Source: Tepidamorphaceae bacterium
GTDB taxonomy: Bacteria; Pseudomonadota; Alphaproteobacteria; Rhizobiales; Tepidamorphaceae
Length of the DNA: 64,000 nt
Assembly (NCBI GenBank): GCA_965250105.1
Contig: OZ252290.1
Location: 3,449,308-3,513,307 of the forward strand
Direction of reading: 5' to 3'
A program made the translations under genes and the position numbers. The notes beneath the pieces were generated by a model, which was not told the DNA's origin, did no database searches, and saw nothing but the letters and a program-made list of their open reading frames with translations. Positions 1 to 10,837 of this stretch are shown here, piece by piece. How positions within the stretch are numbered: the stretch's first letter is position 1; the number at the start of each line of letters is the position of its first letter.

Positions 1-1
1 A

Positions 2-160
2 GGCTTGCGCGGGATCGACGATGTGGGCTTTGTCCGCTTCGCCTCGGTTTACAAGAACTTCAGGGAAGTCAAGGACTTCGAGGAGTTCATTGATAATCTG
101 TCAGACGATCTCGACGACTTGGATCCAGCACTTGTCGGGGCGGGAAAATCCGACGCATGA
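2..160 (+). CDS. nrdR: NrdR transcriptional repressor, C-terminal fragment (5' end lies outside the window)
   Basis: The frame is open from the window edge and translates to [30 protein letters not shown]..., which resembles the ATP-cone tail of NrdR. The TGA at 158-160 overlaps the ribD ATG (ATGA). Confidence 0.7.
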   Translation, partial: GLRGIDDVGFVRFASVYKNFREVKDFEEFIDNLSDDLDDLDPALVGAGKSDA

Positions 161-1452
161 CAACGCCGTCCGACGCGGTGCCGGCGGCGCGACAGGTGAC
201 CGGCGCCACCGATCCGCAAGACAAGGGATCTGACGCCGCGGCGATGGGCGACACCGATCGCCGTTTCATGGCGGCCGCCTTCCGTCTGGCGCGGCGCAAT
301 CACGGCCTGACCTGGCCCAACCCCTGCGTCGCCGCGCTTGTTGTCGCCATCGGCGAGACGGGCCGGCCGCGCATTGTCGGGCGCGGGGTGACGGCGCTCG
401 GTGGGCGGCCGCATGCCGAACGCCTGGCGCTCGCGGCGGCCGGCGAGCTGGCGCGCGGTGCCACCTGTTACGTGACGCTTGAGCCTTGCGCCCATTATGG
501 CCGCACACCGCCGTGCTCCGACGCGCTGGTCGATGCGGGCGTCGCCCGTGTCGTCACCGCGATCGAGGATCCGGACGGCCGCGTCAGCGGGCGCGGCCAT
601 GCGCGCCTCGCCGAAGCCGGCATAGAGGTCGTGGCCGGCCTGATGCCGGAAGACGGCTTTCGCGCCCATGCCGGTCACATCACGCGCATGCGCGACCGCC
701 GGCCGCGCGTGACGCTGAAGCTCGCGGTCAGCGCTGACGGTTTCATCGGCCGGCGGGGTGCGGATGGCCTAGCGGCACCCGTCGCGGTGACCGGCGAGGA
801 GACGCGGGCACGGGTTCACATGCAGCGCGCCTTGCAGGATGCCGTGCTGATCGGCGTCGGCACCGCGCTGGCCGACGATCCGCTGCTGACGGTCAGGCTG
901 CCTGGGCTCGGCGCGCGTTCGCCGGCCCGCATCGTCGTCGACAGCCAGCTGCGGCTGCCGCCCGCCTCGCGCCTTGTATCGAGCATCGAGGAAGCCCCGC
1001 TCTGGATCTACACGCTGGCCGCCTCGCCGTTGCCCGGCGATCCGCGTGCCGCGCGCATGCGGGCGCTTCGAACCGCCGGCGCAGATGTGATCGAGGTGCC
1101 GGGCGAGGCGTCGGGCCGCGTATCGCTGCCGGCCGTCCTCACCGATCTCGGCACGCGCGGACTGACCAGGCTCTATGTCGAGGGCGGCGCCGAGATCGCG
1201 GCCAGCCTGTTGGCGCGCGGACTGGTCGACCGGGTGGTCCGTTTCGACGGCACGGGCGATATCGGCGCGGCGCGGGGCATTCCGCCGGCCGCCGGGCTCG
1301 ATCTCGATGCCGTGCTGGCGCGCGATTTCGAGCCCGTCGAGACCGACCGCTTTGGCGCGGATGTCATGACGGTCTATCGTCGCGCGCCGATCGCGCTGGC
1401 CGACCGCCGCGAGGCCGCGCTGACCGCGCGCTCGGGCGGGCAGGGCGCGTGA
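157..1452 (+). CDS. ribD: Bifunctional riboflavin biosynthesis protein RibD (pyrimidine deaminase / uracil reductase)
   Basis: Contains the zinc deaminase motifs HAERLAL and [21 protein letters not shown], plus a C-terminal reductase region ([14 protein letters not shown]). An alternative start exists at the ATG at 244. Confidence 0.9.
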   Translation: MTTPSDAVPAARQVTGATDPQDKGSDAAAMGDTDRRFMAAAFRLARRNHGLTWPNPCVAALVVAIGETGRPRIVGRGVTALGGRPHAERLALAAAGELARGATCYVTLEPCAHYGRTPPCSDALVDAGVARVVTAIEDPDGRVSGRGHARLAEAGIEVVAGLMPEDGFRAHAGHITRMRDRRPRVTLKLAVSADGFIGRRGADGLAAPVAVTGEETRARVHMQRALQDAVLIGVGTALADDPLLTVRLPGLGARSPARIVVDSQLRLPPASRLVSSIEEAPLWIYTLAASPLPGDPRAARMRALRTAGADVIEVPGEASGRVSLPAVLTDLGTRGLTRLYVEGGAEIAASLLARGLVDRVVRFDGTGDIGAARGIPPAAGLDLDAVLARDFEPVETDRFGADVMTVYRRAPIALADRREAALTARSGGQGA

Positions 1453-1495
1453 TGGCCGGCGCCCGCGACGGGGCCAATCTGGACGGGAGAGACGG

Positions 1496-2128
1496 GTGTT
1501 CACCGGACTGATCACCGATATCGGACGCGTCGTCGATATCGCCGACCGCGACGATCTGCGCCGCGTGTCGATCGCGAGCGGCTATGACGCGGAGACGATC
1601 GCCATCGGCGCCTCGATCGCCTGTTCCGGCCCCTGCCTGACGGTCGTCGCCTGCCGTGCCGAGACGGGCGGCGGGAGCGGATCGGTCTTCGAGGTCGATA
1701 TCTCGCGCGAAACGCTCGACCGGACCACGACCGGGGCCTGGCGGGTCGGTACCGCGCTCAATCTCGAACGCTCGCTGGCGCTCGGCGCCGAGCTTGGCGG
1801 CCACCTCGTCACCGGCCACATCGACGGTCTGGCCGAGATCGTCGCGCGGGACCCGGTGGGCGCGGCGGAGCGCTTTTCTTTCGAGGTGCCGGCGGCACTC
1901 GCGGGCTTTATCGCCGAAAAGGGCTCCGTGGCGCTCGACGGCACGTCCCTGACCGTCAATGATGTGTCGGGAACGCGCTTCGGCGTGATGCTGATCCCGC
2001 ACACGCTGGCCGTCACCACATGGGGTGCGGCGCGACCGGGCGACCGGGTCAATCTCGAAGTCGACCTTCTGGCACGCTATGTCGCGCGCATGGCCGATTG
2101 GCGGGCCGAAACGGAGCAGGGCGGATGA
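1496..2128 (+). CDS. ribE: Riboflavin synthase alpha chain
   Basis: The N-terminus MFTGLITDIGRV and two lumazine-binding repeats (GASIACSGPCLTV / GSVALDGTSLTV) are present. The gene uses a GTG start preceded by GGGAGAG. Confidence 0.9.
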   Translation: MFTGLITDIGRVVDIADRDDLRRVSIASGYDAETIAIGASIACSGPCLTVVACRAETGGGSGSVFEVDISRETLDRTTTGAWRVGTALNLERSLALGAELGGHLVTGHIDGLAEIVARDPVGAAERFSFEVPAALAGFIAEKGSVALDGTSLTVNDVSGTRFGVMLIPHTLAVTTWGAARPGDRVNLEVDLLARYVARMADWRAETEQGG

Positions 2129-2571
2129 CCGACAGGCCGCGCATTCTGATCATCGAATCAGACTATTACGACCACATCACCGATCATCTGCGCAGCGGTG
2201 CCATGGCCGTTCTGGACGCCGCCGGCGCCCGCACCGACCGGGTCACCGTGCCGGGGGTTCTGGAGATCCCGCCGGCGCTCGCCATGGCGCTGTCGGGCAC
2301 GGTCCACTATGACGGCTATGTGCTGCTCGGCTGCGTGATCCGTGGCGAGACCAGCCATTATGACATCGTCGCCAATGAATCGGCGCGCGCCGTCTTCGAT
2401 CTCGCGACGCGCCACGAACTGGCGCTCGGCAATGCCATCCTGACGGTCGAGAACGAGGTCCAGGCGCTCGACCGGGCCCATCCCGAGCGCAAGAACAAGG
2501 GGGCCGACGCGGCCGGCGCGGCGCTGGCGCTGGTCGATCTGCGCCGCCATTTCGGGGGCCGGGGACGATGA
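2125..2571 (+). CDS. ribH: 6,7-dimethyl-8-ribityllumazine synthase
   Basis: The product starts MTDRPRILIIESDYYDHITDHL and contains VPGVLEIP and GETSHYDIVANES. The ATG at 2125 overlaps the ribE stop (ATGA). The longer track ORF starting at 2020 is an upstream extension. Confidence 0.85.
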   Translation: MTDRPRILIIESDYYDHITDHLRSGAMAVLDAAGARTDRVTVPGVLEIPPALAMALSGTVHYDGYVLLGCVIRGETSHYDIVANESARAVFDLATRHELALGNAILTVENEVQALDRAHPERKNKGADAAGAALALVDLRRHFGGRGR

Positions 2572-3098
2572 CGGCGGAACCAGCCGCGCCCAAGCCGGAT
2601 GCCGCCCTCGCGCCCGCCCGCAAGGCGAACCGGCGCAGCGCGGCCCGGCTGGCCGCGGTTCAGGCGCTCTATCAGATGGACATCGGCAAGACGCCGCTGC
2701 CGGCCATTCTCGACGAGTTCGTCGCCGAGCGTCTCGGCAAGGAGATCGACGGCGACCAGTATCTGCCCGCCGATAGCGGTTTTTTCCGCGATCTCGTTTC
2801 GGGCGTCGTGCGCGAGCAGCGCGATATCGACCGGCGGATCGATGCCGCCCTGGCCGATGGCTGGCCGCTCCGGCGGATCGACGCCACCTTGCGCGCCGTG
2901 TTGCGCGCCGGCGTCTATGAGGCGGCCTTCCGCACCGACATTCCGGTGCGCGTCGCCATCGCTGAATATGTCGAGATCGCACGCGCCTTCTTCGACGATG
3001 GCGACGAGCCGCGCATGACCAATGCGGTGCTCGACCGGCTGGCGCGCGCCGCCCGCCCCGAGGACCTGCCGGACAGGCCGGCGCGACCGACCGGCTGA
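2568..3098 (+). CDS. nusB: Transcription antitermination factor NusB
   Basis: AARLAAVQALYQMDIG and the length are typical of NusB. The start overlaps the ribH stop (ATGA). Confidence 0.9.
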   Translation: MTAEPAAPKPDAALAPARKANRRSAARLAAVQALYQMDIGKTPLPAILDEFVAERLGKEIDGDQYLPADSGFFRDLVSGVVREQRDIDRRIDAALADGWPLRRIDATLRAVLRAGVYEAAFRTDIPVRVAIAEYVEIARAFFDDGDEPRMTNAVLDRLARAARPEDLPDRPARPTG

Positions 3099-3108
3099 CC
3101 ACCGCGCC

Positions 3109-4098
3109 ATGACCGACGCGCCGCTTGGTGAGTTCGATCTGATCGCCCGCTGTTTCAGGCCGCTGGCGACCGATGCCGGCGCGTTCGGTCTCACCGACGA
3201 CGCGGCGCTTTTCGTGCCGCCCGAGGGCCGCGATCTCGTGCTGACCAAGGATGCCGTCGTCGCGGGCGTCCATTTCCTGCCCGACGAGGCGCCGGCGCGG
3301 ATCGCCCGCAAGGCGCTGCGGGTCAATCTCTCCGATCTCTTCGCCAAGGGCGCCGAGCCGGTCGGCTATCTTCTGTCCCTGGCGCTGCCCGATGGCTGGA
3401 CGGTGCCCTGGCTCGACGCCTTCGCCACGGGCCTCGGCGCCGATCAGAAGGCCTATGGCCTGTCGCTGTTCGGCGGCGATACCGTGCGCACGCCCGGCCC
3501 GCTGGTCGTGTCGATCACCTGTTTCGGCACCGTGCCGCATGGCGCCATGCTACGCCGGGGCGGGGCGCGGCCGGGGGACGCGCTCTATGTCACCGGCACG
3601 ATCGGTGACGCGGCGCTTGGGCTGTTGGCCGCGCGCGGCCAGTTGCCCACCGAGATCGACAGCGGCGCGGGCGGCTTTCTGGAAGCGCGCTACCGGCTGC
3701 CCGACCCGCCTCGGGCCGCCATCGAGAGCCTGCGCGCGCATGCCAGCGCCGCGATGGACATTTCCGACGGGCTGATCGGCGATCTAGAAAAGCTCTGCGC
3801 GGCCTCGGGCGCCGGCGCGTGCCTCACCCAGGCCGGGATTCCCCTGTCGGCGGGTGCGCGTGCCTGTGTCGACCATGATCCGGCTTATCTGGAAACCTGC
3901 CTAACCGGCGGCGATGATTATGAAATCCTCGCCGCCATACCCCAGGAGGCGCGCGCGGCTTTCGAGGCCGATGCCGCCCGTGGCGGGCTCGTGGTGACGC
4001 GGATCGGCGATGTCCTGCCGGACGCGGCTGGCGTCACCTTGCGCGACGATGCGGGGCGGCCCGTGACGCTTCGCCAGAAGGGCTATGTGCACCGCTGA
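3109..4098 (+). CDS. thiL: Thiamine-monophosphate kinase
   Basis: The product shows GEFDLIARCF, LTDDAALF, KDAVVAGVHF and FGGDT, the AIR-synthase-like fold signature of ThiL. The in-frame ATG is at 3109. Confidence 0.85.
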   Translation: MTDAPLGEFDLIARCFRPLATDAGAFGLTDDAALFVPPEGRDLVLTKDAVVAGVHFLPDEAPARIARKALRVNLSDLFAKGAEPVGYLLSLALPDGWTVPWLDAFATGLGADQKAYGLSLFGGDTVRTPGPLVVSITCFGTVPHGAMLRRGGARPGDALYVTGTIGDAALGLLAARGQLPTEIDSGAGGFLEARYRLPDPPRAAIESLRAHASAAMDISDGLIGDLEKLCAASGAGACLTQAGIPLSAGARACVDHDPAYLETCLTGGDDYEILAAIPQEARAAFEADAARGGLVVTRIGDVLPDAAGVTLRDDAGRPVTLRQKGYVHR

Positions 4099-4249
4099 AA
4101 GGCTCCGCCGCGCCTGGTATTTTGGAACGCGCAGGGCAGGTGTGTGGAAATGCGATTGCGTTCGGGCCGGGAGCGTCCGACAACACGGTCGTCGCCACCG
4201 GCGATATGATGACCGCGCAGTTTGAACCGCCCGAGTTTCCCGGCCCCTC

Positions 4250-5446
4250 ATGTCCCAGTTGATCGACGACAGACTGGCCCGCCGCAATGCCGTCATCCTG
4301 GCTGGCGCGCAGGGACTTGGCGGAGCCAATGCGACGATCCTGATCACGATCGGCGGCATTGTCGGGATCACCCTGGCGCCCGATCCGGCCTGGGCGACGC
4401 TGCCGGTCACCATGTTCGTGCTCGGCCAGGCCATCGCCACCCTGCCGGCCGGGCTCGCCATGCGGCGGATCGGCCGGCGCGCCGGTTTCATGATCGGGGC
4501 ATTGTTCGGCGCGGCGGGCATGGGGGTCGCGGCGCTGGCCACGGCCAGCGCGAGCTTCAACCTGTTCCTCGCTGGCGCGCTCCTGGCCGGCGTCTATCAG
4601 GCGCATATCCAGTTCTACCGCTTCGCCGCCGCCGACACCGCCTCGGACGCGTTTCGCCCCAAGGCGATCTCCTGGGTCCTGGTCGGCGGGATCGGGGCGG
4701 CGATCTTCGGCGCGCAACTCGTCATCTGGACGCGCGATCTCCTGGCGCCCTACACATTCGCCGGCACTTTCGTCACCGCCCTGGTGGTCTCGATGATCGC
4801 GTTCGGACTTCTGAGCCGGCTGCGCATCCCCAATCCCAAGACGGCGGCCGAGGGGCCGCAGCGCCCGCTCGGCGAGATCATGCGCACGCCGCAATTCATC
4901 GTCGCGGTCGGTTGCGCCATCACCTCCTATGCGCTGATGAGCTTCGTCATGACGGCGGCGCCGCTGGCCATGCTGGCCTGCAATTACGGCGTCACCGATG
5001 CGGCCCTCGCCATTCAGTGGCATGCGCTGGCGATGTTCGTGCCGAGTTTCTTCACCGGCAGCCTGATCGCGCGCTATGGCGAACAGCGCATCATCGTCAC
5101 GGGCCTGTTGCTGCTGGCCGGTTGCGGCATCGTCGCGCTGATGGGCATCCAGATCGCCCATTTCTGGGTCGCGCTGATCCTGCTCGGCATCGGCTGGAAT
5201 TTCGGGTTCGTCGGCGCCACCTCGCTTCTGACCCGCTGCTACCGGCCGAGCGAGCGCAACAAGGTGCAGGCGGTCAACGATCTCCTGGTCTTCGGCTCGG
5301 TGGCCGTCGCCTCGGCGCTCAGCGGCAAGGTGCTGAACCTCTATGGCTGGGAGACGGTCAATGGTGCGCTGTTCCCCGCCGTTCTCGTCGCGCTCGGCCT
5401 CGTCGCCTGGCTGTCGTTGACCAATCGCCGGGCCGCGACATTGTAG
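4250..5446 (+). CDS. MFS transporter
   Basis: This 398-aa protein has about 12 hydrophobic segments. The loop motif GLAMRRIGRR between TM2 and TM3 is typical of the major facilitator superfamily. Confidence 0.75.
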   Translation: MSQLIDDRLARRNAVILAGAQGLGGANATILITIGGIVGITLAPDPAWATLPVTMFVLGQAIATLPAGLAMRRIGRRAGFMIGALFGAAGMGVAALATASASFNLFLAGALLAGVYQAHIQFYRFAAADTASDAFRPKAISWVLVGGIGAAIFGAQLVIWTRDLLAPYTFAGTFVTALVVSMIAFGLLSRLRIPNPKTAAEGPQRPLGEIMRTPQFIVAVGCAITSYALMSFVMTAAPLAMLACNYGVTDAALAIQWHALAMFVPSFFTGSLIARYGEQRIIVTGLLLLAGCGIVALMGIQIAHFWVALILLGIGWNFGFVGATSLLTRCYRPSERNKVQAVNDLLVFGSVAVASALSGKVLNLYGWETVNGALFPAVLVALGLVAWLSLTNRRAATL

Positions 5447-5598
5447 GCCAGGCGCCTTATCCACCTGCCGAAGTTGACTCCGCTTCGGATTTCGGCAATG
5501 ACCCGGCCGGTTTGGCTGGTAGGCGGCGGGGGCTTGCGGCCGCGTCGAAAAGGGGCGGGCGCGATGAGCGTCACCCTCCAAAACACGGATAGGAAGAC

Positions 5599-7722
5599 AT
5601 GGCAGGTATCATCTGGTTGATCATTGCCGGGGGTGCGCTCTCGGTCGTCTACGGCGCGTGGGCCATCCGCTCGCTGATGGCCGCGGATGCGGGCAATGCG
5701 CGCATGCAGGAAATCGCCGGCGCCATTCAGGAAGGCGCGCAGGCCTATCTGACCCGCCAGTATACGACCATCGCCATCGTCGGCGCCGTCGTCTTCGTCG
5801 TTGTCTGGTTCCTGCTCGGCCTGCCGGTCGCCATCGGCTTCCTGATCGGCGCGGTGCTGTCGGGAGCGGCTGGCTTCATCGGCATGCTCGTCTCGGTGCG
5901 CGCCAATGTCCGCACCGCCCAGGCCGCCAGTCAGAGCCTGGCGGCGGGCCTCGAGATCGCCTTCAAGTCGGGTGCGGTCACCGGCCTCCTGGTCGCCGGC
6001 CTCGCGCTTCTCGGCGTCATCATCTACTACTATGTCCTGACCGCCACGCTCGGCTTCGAGCCGCGCTCGCGGACCGTGATCGACGCCCTGGTGGCGCTTG
6101 GCTTCGGCGCGTCGCTGATCTCGATCTTCGCCCGTCTCGGCGGCGGCATCTTCACCAAGGGCGCCGATGTCGGCGGCGACCTCGTCGGCAAGGTCGAAGC
6201 GGGCATCCCCGAGGACGATCCGCGCAACCCGGCCACCATCGCCGACAATGTCGGCGACAATGTCGGCGACTGCGCTGGCATGGCGGCCGACCTGTTCGAG
6301 ACCTATGTCGTGACCGTCGTCGCGACCATGGTGCTCGGCTCGATCTATTTCGCCGGCGACGCGATCCTCGAATCGATCATGCTCTACCCGCTGGCGATCT
6401 GCGCCATCTGCGTGGTGACCTCGATCGCGGGCACCTTCTTCGTCAAGCTCGGCGCCAACAATTCGATCATGGGCGCCCTCTACAAGGGCTTCGTGGCCAC
6501 CGCCCTGATGTCGATCGTCGGCGTCGGCCTCGTCACCTATCTGATGCTCGGCTTCAATGTCGACATGACGACGAGCCGCGGCGTCACCTTCACCGGCTTC
6601 GACCTTTTCCTGTGCGGCGTGGTCGGCCTCGCGGTGACGGGTTTGATCATCTGGGTCACCGAATACTATACCGGCGTCAACTATCGCCCGGTGAAGTCGG
6701 TCGCCCAGGCCTCGGTCACCGGTCACGGCACCAATGTGATCCAGGGCCTCGCGGTGTCGCTCGAAGCGACCGCGATCCCCGCCATCATCATCATCGCGGG
6801 CATCATCACGACCTACCTCCTGGCGGGCCTGTTCGGCATCGCCATCGCGGTGACGACGATGCTGGCGCTGGCCGGCATGGTCGTGGCGCTCGACGCCTTT
6901 GGCCCGGTCACCGACAATGCCGGCGGCATCGCCGAAATGAGTGACCTGCCGCCCGAGGTGCGCGATACGACCGACGCGCTCGACGCGGTCGGCAACACCA
7001 CCAAGGCCGTCACCAAGGGCTATGCCATCGGGTCGGCCGGTCTCGGCGCGCTGGTTCTGTTCACGGCCTATACCGAGGATCTGAACTACTTCATCTCGAA
7101 CCCGGACACCTATCCGTTCTTCTCGGGCATCCAGCTCGATTTCTCGCTGTCCAACCCCTATGTCGTGGTCGGCCTCTTCTTCGGCGGCCTGCTGCCCTAT
7201 CTGTTCGGCGGTATCACCATGACGGCGGTCGGCCGGGCGGCGAGTTCGGTGGTCGAGGAAGTGCGCCGCCAGTTCCGCGAAAAGCCGGGCATCATGGAAG
7301 GCAAGGACAAGCCCGATTACGGCCGGGCCGTCGACATGCTGACGCGCGCCGCGATCAAGGAAATGATCGTGCCGTCCATGCTGCCGGTCCTGTCGCCGAT
7401 CGTCTGCTATGGCGTCGTCTATCTGATCGCCGGCAAGTCGGCGGCCTTCTCGGCGGTCGGCGCCATGCTGCTCGGCGTCATCGTCACCGGCCTGTTCGTC
7501 GCCATCTCGATGACGGCCGGCGGCGGCGCCTGGGACAATGCCAAGAAATACATCGAGGACGGCAATCACGGCGGCAAGGGCTCGGAAGCCCACAAGGCAG
7601 CCGTGACCGGCGACACGGTCGGCGATCCCTACAAGGACACCGCTGGTCCCGCCGTGAACCCGATGATCAAGATCACCAATATCGTGGCGCTGCTGCTGCT
7701 CGCGGTTCTCGCCGCGCACTGA
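5599..7722 (+). CDS. hppA: Membrane-bound proton-translocating pyrophosphatase
   Basis: This 707-aa polytopic protein carries the conserved V-PPase motifs [34 protein letters not shown] and [16 protein letters not shown]. Confidence 0.95.
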   Translation: MAGIIWLIIAGGALSVVYGAWAIRSLMAADAGNARMQEIAGAIQEGAQAYLTRQYTTIAIVGAVVFVVVWFLLGLPVAIGFLIGAVLSGAAGFIGMLVSVRANVRTAQAASQSLAAGLEIAFKSGAVTGLLVAGLALLGVIIYYYVLTATLGFEPRSRTVIDALVALGFGASLISIFARLGGGIFTKGADVGGDLVGKVEAGIPEDDPRNPATIADNVGDNVGDCAGMAADLFETYVVTVVATMVLGSIYFAGDAILESIMLYPLAICAICVVTSIAGTFFVKLGANNSIMGALYKGFVATALMSIVGVGLVTYLMLGFNVDMTTSRGVTFTGFDLFLCGVVGLAVTGLIIWVTEYYTGVNYRPVKSVAQASVTGHGTNVIQGLAVSLEATAIPAIIIIAGIITTYLLAGLFGIAIAVTTMLALAGMVVALDAFGPVTDNAGGIAEMSDLPPEVRDTTDALDAVGNTTKAVTKGYAIGSAGLGALVLFTAYTEDLNYFISNPDTYPFFSGIQLDFSLSNPYVVVGLFFGGLLPYLFGGITMTAVGRAASSVVEEVRRQFREKPGIMEGKDKPDYGRAVDMLTRAAIKEMIVPSMLPVLSPIVCYGVVYLIAGKSAAFSAVGAMLLGVIVTGLFVAISMTAGGGAWDNAKKYIEDGNHGGKGSEAHKAAVTGDTVGDPYKDTAGPAVNPMIKITNIVALLLLAVLAAH

Positions 7723-7745
7723 CCCACGACCTGGCGTCGACAAGA

Positions 7746-7784
7746 ACGGGGCCCGCGCGATCCGCGCGGGCCCCGTTGCGTTTC
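7746..7784. terminator. GC-rich hairpin between the convergent hppA and bamE-like genes
   Basis: ACGGGGCCCGCGCG-ATC-CGCGCGGGCCCCGT forms a perfect 14-bp stem, followed by TGCGTTTC. Confidence 0.7.
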
Positions 7785-7812
7785 AGAGGCCGCTATGGAG
7801 ATCTTCGGCGGA

Positions 7813-8379
7813 TCAGTTGCCCTGGCCGGGAATCGCCGGATTGGCCAGCCGGCTGCCGGTCATGATCTGGCCGATAAAGGTCAGTTCCTCGCCCGAGGTC
7901 GCCGTCTCGCGGTCGAGGAAGTCGATGATGCGGCCGTCCTCAATGCCGTATTGGGCGACGCGGTTGACCCGCTGATCCTGATCGAAATAAACCGCCAGCA
8001 CCGTCTGGTCGACGACTTCGGGCGCCAGGAAGGCGATCGTCTCGGTGGTTTGCGAGATATAGTAGTAGACGTCGCCCGTCAGGCCTTCGAAGGCGCCGGT
8101 GGTCGACGGGCTGCCCAGAACGAACTGAACCTGTTCGCGGCTCGCGCCGACCGGTACCTGGTCAAGCTGGGTCTGGGTGAATACATAACCATGCGTCGTG
8201 GTCTTGGTCAGACAACCGCCGACCATGAGGGCGCCGCCAAGCGCAAGGATGGTAGGCGTCAGCCGGAAGGCTCGCCGTGCCGCACCGTGGCGTGGCGCCG
8301 AGGCGCGGGGCGTCTCCGGAGTGCCGGACGTGCGGCCGGTCGCGGTCGGCGCGGAAAGGGTCTGTCGCTCGAAAGGCAT
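7813..8379 (-). CDS. SmpA/OmlA (BamE) family outer-membrane lipoprotein
   Basis: A lipoprotein signal (ILALGGALMVGGC) is followed by the BamE-like core GASREQVQFVLGSPS...YYYISQ...VLAVYFD. The exact start is uncertain. Confidence 0.75.
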   Translation of the reverse strand: MPFERQTLSAPTATGRTSGTPETPRASAPRHGAARRAFRLTPTILALGGALMVGGCLTKTTTHGYVFTQTQLDQVPVGASREQVQFVLGSPSTTGAFEGLTGDVYYYISQTTETIAFLAPEVVDQTVLAVYFDQDQRVNRVAQYGIEDGRIIDFLDRETATSGEELTFIGQIMTGSRLANPAIPGQGN

Positions 8380-8491
8380 GGATAGTGTGTCTCGAAACCG
8401 GGAAACGGGACTGTCAACGATCGGTCCGCAGTCGCCTAGTCGCCCTTGTCGGCGATTGCAAGGCGTCTCGGCCGTCAGGATCTACTAGACG

Positions 8492-9082
8492 ATGATGTTT
8501 GCCAAATTCTTTGCACGCCATCCCGTGGATGATCGACCGGACAGGCTTTATGCGCAAATCGTGGCGCAATCGCGGTCAATCGTCTTCTATCTCGACATGG
8601 GCGTGCCTGATACGGCGGAAGGGCGGCTCGAAGTCCTGCTCGCACATCAGATCCTGCTGTTTCATCGTCTCGACGGGCTCGGCGGCGACGGCAAGACGCT
8701 GGCGCAGGCCACGTTCGACCTCTTTCTCGCCGATATGGACGAATCGATGCGCGAAATGGGGATCGGTGATCTGACGGTGCCGAAGAAGATGAAAGCGATC
8801 ACCGGCGCTTTCTATGGCCGTGGACAGGCCTATATGGAAGCGCTCGAAGCCGGCGACATGGCCGGCCTCAAGCGGGCCGTGGCGCGCAACATGATCGGCC
8901 AACCGCTCGATGAGACGCGGCCGGATGAGGAAACCGATCGCCAGGCGGGCTGTCTCGCCGCCTATGTCGCATCCGCCGCGCGGGCGCTCGAGGCCGAGGA
9001 CGCGGCGCGGCTTCTCGGCGGAACGGTCACCTGGCCGGACCCGAATGACGGGGCCGCGGCGGCCGCTGCCCCCGACGCCTGA
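8492..9082 (+). CDS. Ubiquinol-cytochrome c chaperone family protein
   Basis: LYAQIVAQSRSIVFYLDMGVPDT...FDLFLADMDESMREMGIGDLTVPKKMK matches my recollection of this family. The position upstream of yceD-plsX is what I recall from Rhizobiales. Confidence 0.75.
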   Translation: MMFAKFFARHPVDDRPDRLYAQIVAQSRSIVFYLDMGVPDTAEGRLEVLLAHQILLFHRLDGLGGDGKTLAQATFDLFLADMDESMREMGIGDLTVPKKMKAITGAFYGRGQAYMEALEAGDMAGLKRAVARNMIGQPLDETRPDEETDRQAGCLAAYVASAARALEAEDAARLLGGTVTWPDPNDGAAAAAAPDA

Positions 9083-9108
9083 AGGCCGGATCACGCTGGG
9101 AGGACGGG

Positions 9109-9648
9109 ATGAGCGATATCCCCGGAGACTATCCGTTCGACATACCGCTCGACCGGATCGACGCGGACGGGCCGACCGTCGACATCGCTTACGCGGCCGA
9201 GGCCCGGCAAGGCCTGGCCGACAGGCTCGACGTGACGGCGATCAATGCGGTGACGGCCGATCTGACCCTGCGCTTGGTCGGTGCTGGCGTCGAGGTGTCC
9301 GGCCGGGTCATCGCCGACATCGTCCAGCCTTGCGTGGTGACCGGCGCCGATGTGCGCCAGGCGGTGGCCGAGAGGGTGCGGCTCCTGCTGCTGCCCGCCG
9401 ACGATCTGGCGCGTGCCGGTGTCGATCTGGACCCCGACGACGACTGGGACAGCGAGCCGCTGACCGGGTCGGGCGTGCGGCTGGCCGACTATATCGAGGA
9501 AGCGGTCGTGCTCGGCCTCGACCCCTATCCGCGCGCGCCGGATGCCGTCTGGGAACCGCCCGGCGAATCACCGGCCGACGGCGATGCGACCGATGGGCCC
9601 TTCGCCAAGCTGGCCGCGTTGAAGGCCAAGACCGACGGGCTCGCGTAA
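9109..9648 (+). CDS. YceD/DUF177 family protein
   Basis: This acidic 179-aa protein lies directly upstream of plsX. The region VVLGLDPYPRAP is DUF177-like. Confidence 0.7.
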   Translation: MSDIPGDYPFDIPLDRIDADGPTVDIAYAAEARQGLADRLDVTAINAVTADLTLRLVGAGVEVSGRVIADIVQPCVVTGADVRQAVAERVRLLLLPADDLARAGVDLDPDDDWDSEPLTGSGVRLADYIEEAVVLGLDPYPRAPDAVWEPPGESPADGDATDGPFAKLAALKAKTDGLA

Positions 9649-9775
9649 TTGTCGGGACCGGTGAAACCGATCGTGATAAACGCCTTGTCAGAATGATCGA
9701 GATCGTTATGTTCCGCGAGGTTTTCGGGGCGCGCTTCCGCCCAATTCTGTTTTGGCGGCAAGCCGTTCCCTATCC

Positions 9776-10837
9776 ATGACCCAGCCAGTTCGCATCGCAG
9801 TTGACGCCATGGGCGGTGATTTCGGACCGGGCACCGTTCTGCCCGGCTGCCGCATCGCGCTCGAGCGCAACCCGCAAGCGCGGTTCCTGTTCTATGGCGA
9901 CGAGGCCGCGATTAACGCGGCGCTGAGCCCGCTCGCCGACCTCGCCGCGGTGTCGGAGGTGATCCACACCGATGTCGCCGTCGCCATGGACGACAAGCCG
10001 AGCCAGGCGCTGCGCACCGGCCGCTGGAAGTCGAGCATGTGGCTGGCGCTCCAGGCGGTGCGCGACGGCCAGGCCGACATGACCTTCTCGGCCGGCAATA
10101 CCGGCGCGCTGATGGTGATGGCGAAGTTCTGCCTCAAGACGATGGACGGTATCGAACGGCCGGCCATCGCGGCGCTGTGGCCGACGGCGCATGGCGAAAG
10201 CGTGGTGCTCGATGTCGGCGCGTCGATCGGCGCCAAGGCCGACCAGCTCGTCGAATTCGCCATCATGGGGGGCGCGATGGCACGCGCGCTGTTCGACGTC
10301 GACCGCCCGACGCTCGGCCTGCTCAATATCGGCGTCGAGGAGGTCAAGGGTCTGGAACCGATCCGCGAGGCCGGCCAGATGCTCCGCGACAGCGATCTGC
10401 CGATGCGCTATCACGGCTTCGTCGAGGGCGACGATATCGGTCGCGGCATCGTCGATGTCGTGGTCACCGAAGGATTTGCTGGCAATATCGCGCTCAAGAC
10501 CGCGGAGGGCACGGCGCATCAGATCGGCGGCTATCTGCGCAACGCCATGCGGCGCGGCTGGTTGAGCCGGCTCGGCTATATCCTGGCCAAGAGCGCCTTC
10601 GACACCTTGCGCGAGAAGATGGATCCGCGCGAAGTCAATGGCGGCGTCTTTCTCGGCCTCAACGGGGTCGTCATCAAGAGCCATGGCGGCAGCGATGCGG
10701 AAGGCACCGCGAGCGCGCTGTGCCTCGGGATCGACATGGTCCGCAACAAGCTGATCGACAAGATCGCCGGAGACGTCACGCGCCATCTGACCGCCGAGGC
10801 GGCGCCGAACGCGGCGAAGGTGGCCGCCACGACATGA
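9776..10837 (+). CDS. plsX: Phosphate acyltransferase PlsX
   Basis: Contains [19 protein letters not shown] and [14 protein letters not shown]. The in-frame ATG is at 9776. Confidence 0.9.
   Translation: MTQPVRIAVDAMGGDFGPGTVLPGCRIALERNPQARFLFYGDEAAINAALSPLADLAAVSEVIHTDVAVAMDDKPSQALRTGRWKSSMWLALQAVRDGQADMTFSAGNTGALMVMAKFCLKTMDGIERPAIAALWPTAHGESVVLDVGASIGAKADQLVEFAIMGGAMARALFDVDRPTLGLLNIGVEEVKGLEPIREAGQMLRDSDLPMRYHGFVEGDDIGRGIVDVVVTEGFAGNIALKTAEGTAHQIGGYLRNAMRRGWLSRLGYILAKSAFDTLREKMDPREVNGGVFLGLNGVVIKSHGGSDAEGTASALCLGIDMVRNKLIDKIAGDVTRHLTAEAAPNAAKVAATT

Noticed and set aside
2158-3540. Long antisense or out-of-frame ORFs in the track. Examples are 2158-3540(-), 4034-5581(-), 5341-7743(-), 19874-21364(-), 33782-35197(-), 35212-36492(-), 53372-54820(-) and 62283-62960(-).
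   Set aside because: Their translations are Arg/Gly/Ala/Pro-rich and low in complexity, with no recognisable motifs. They lie opposite or overlapping genes with unambiguous family signatures. This is the typical stop-codon-poor artefact of high-GC DNA.
4098-4249. A sigma-54-type promoter (TGGTATTTTGGAACG) upstream of the MFS transporter.
   Set aside because: The -12 element lacks the conserved TTGC(A/T), and the spacing does not fit TGGCAC-N5-TTGC. It is probably a chance match.
9649-9775. An expected rpmF (L32) gene between yceD and plsX.
   Set aside because: No short ORF with the L32 signature is present in any frame of this 127-nt spacer. rpmF is probably elsewhere in the genome.
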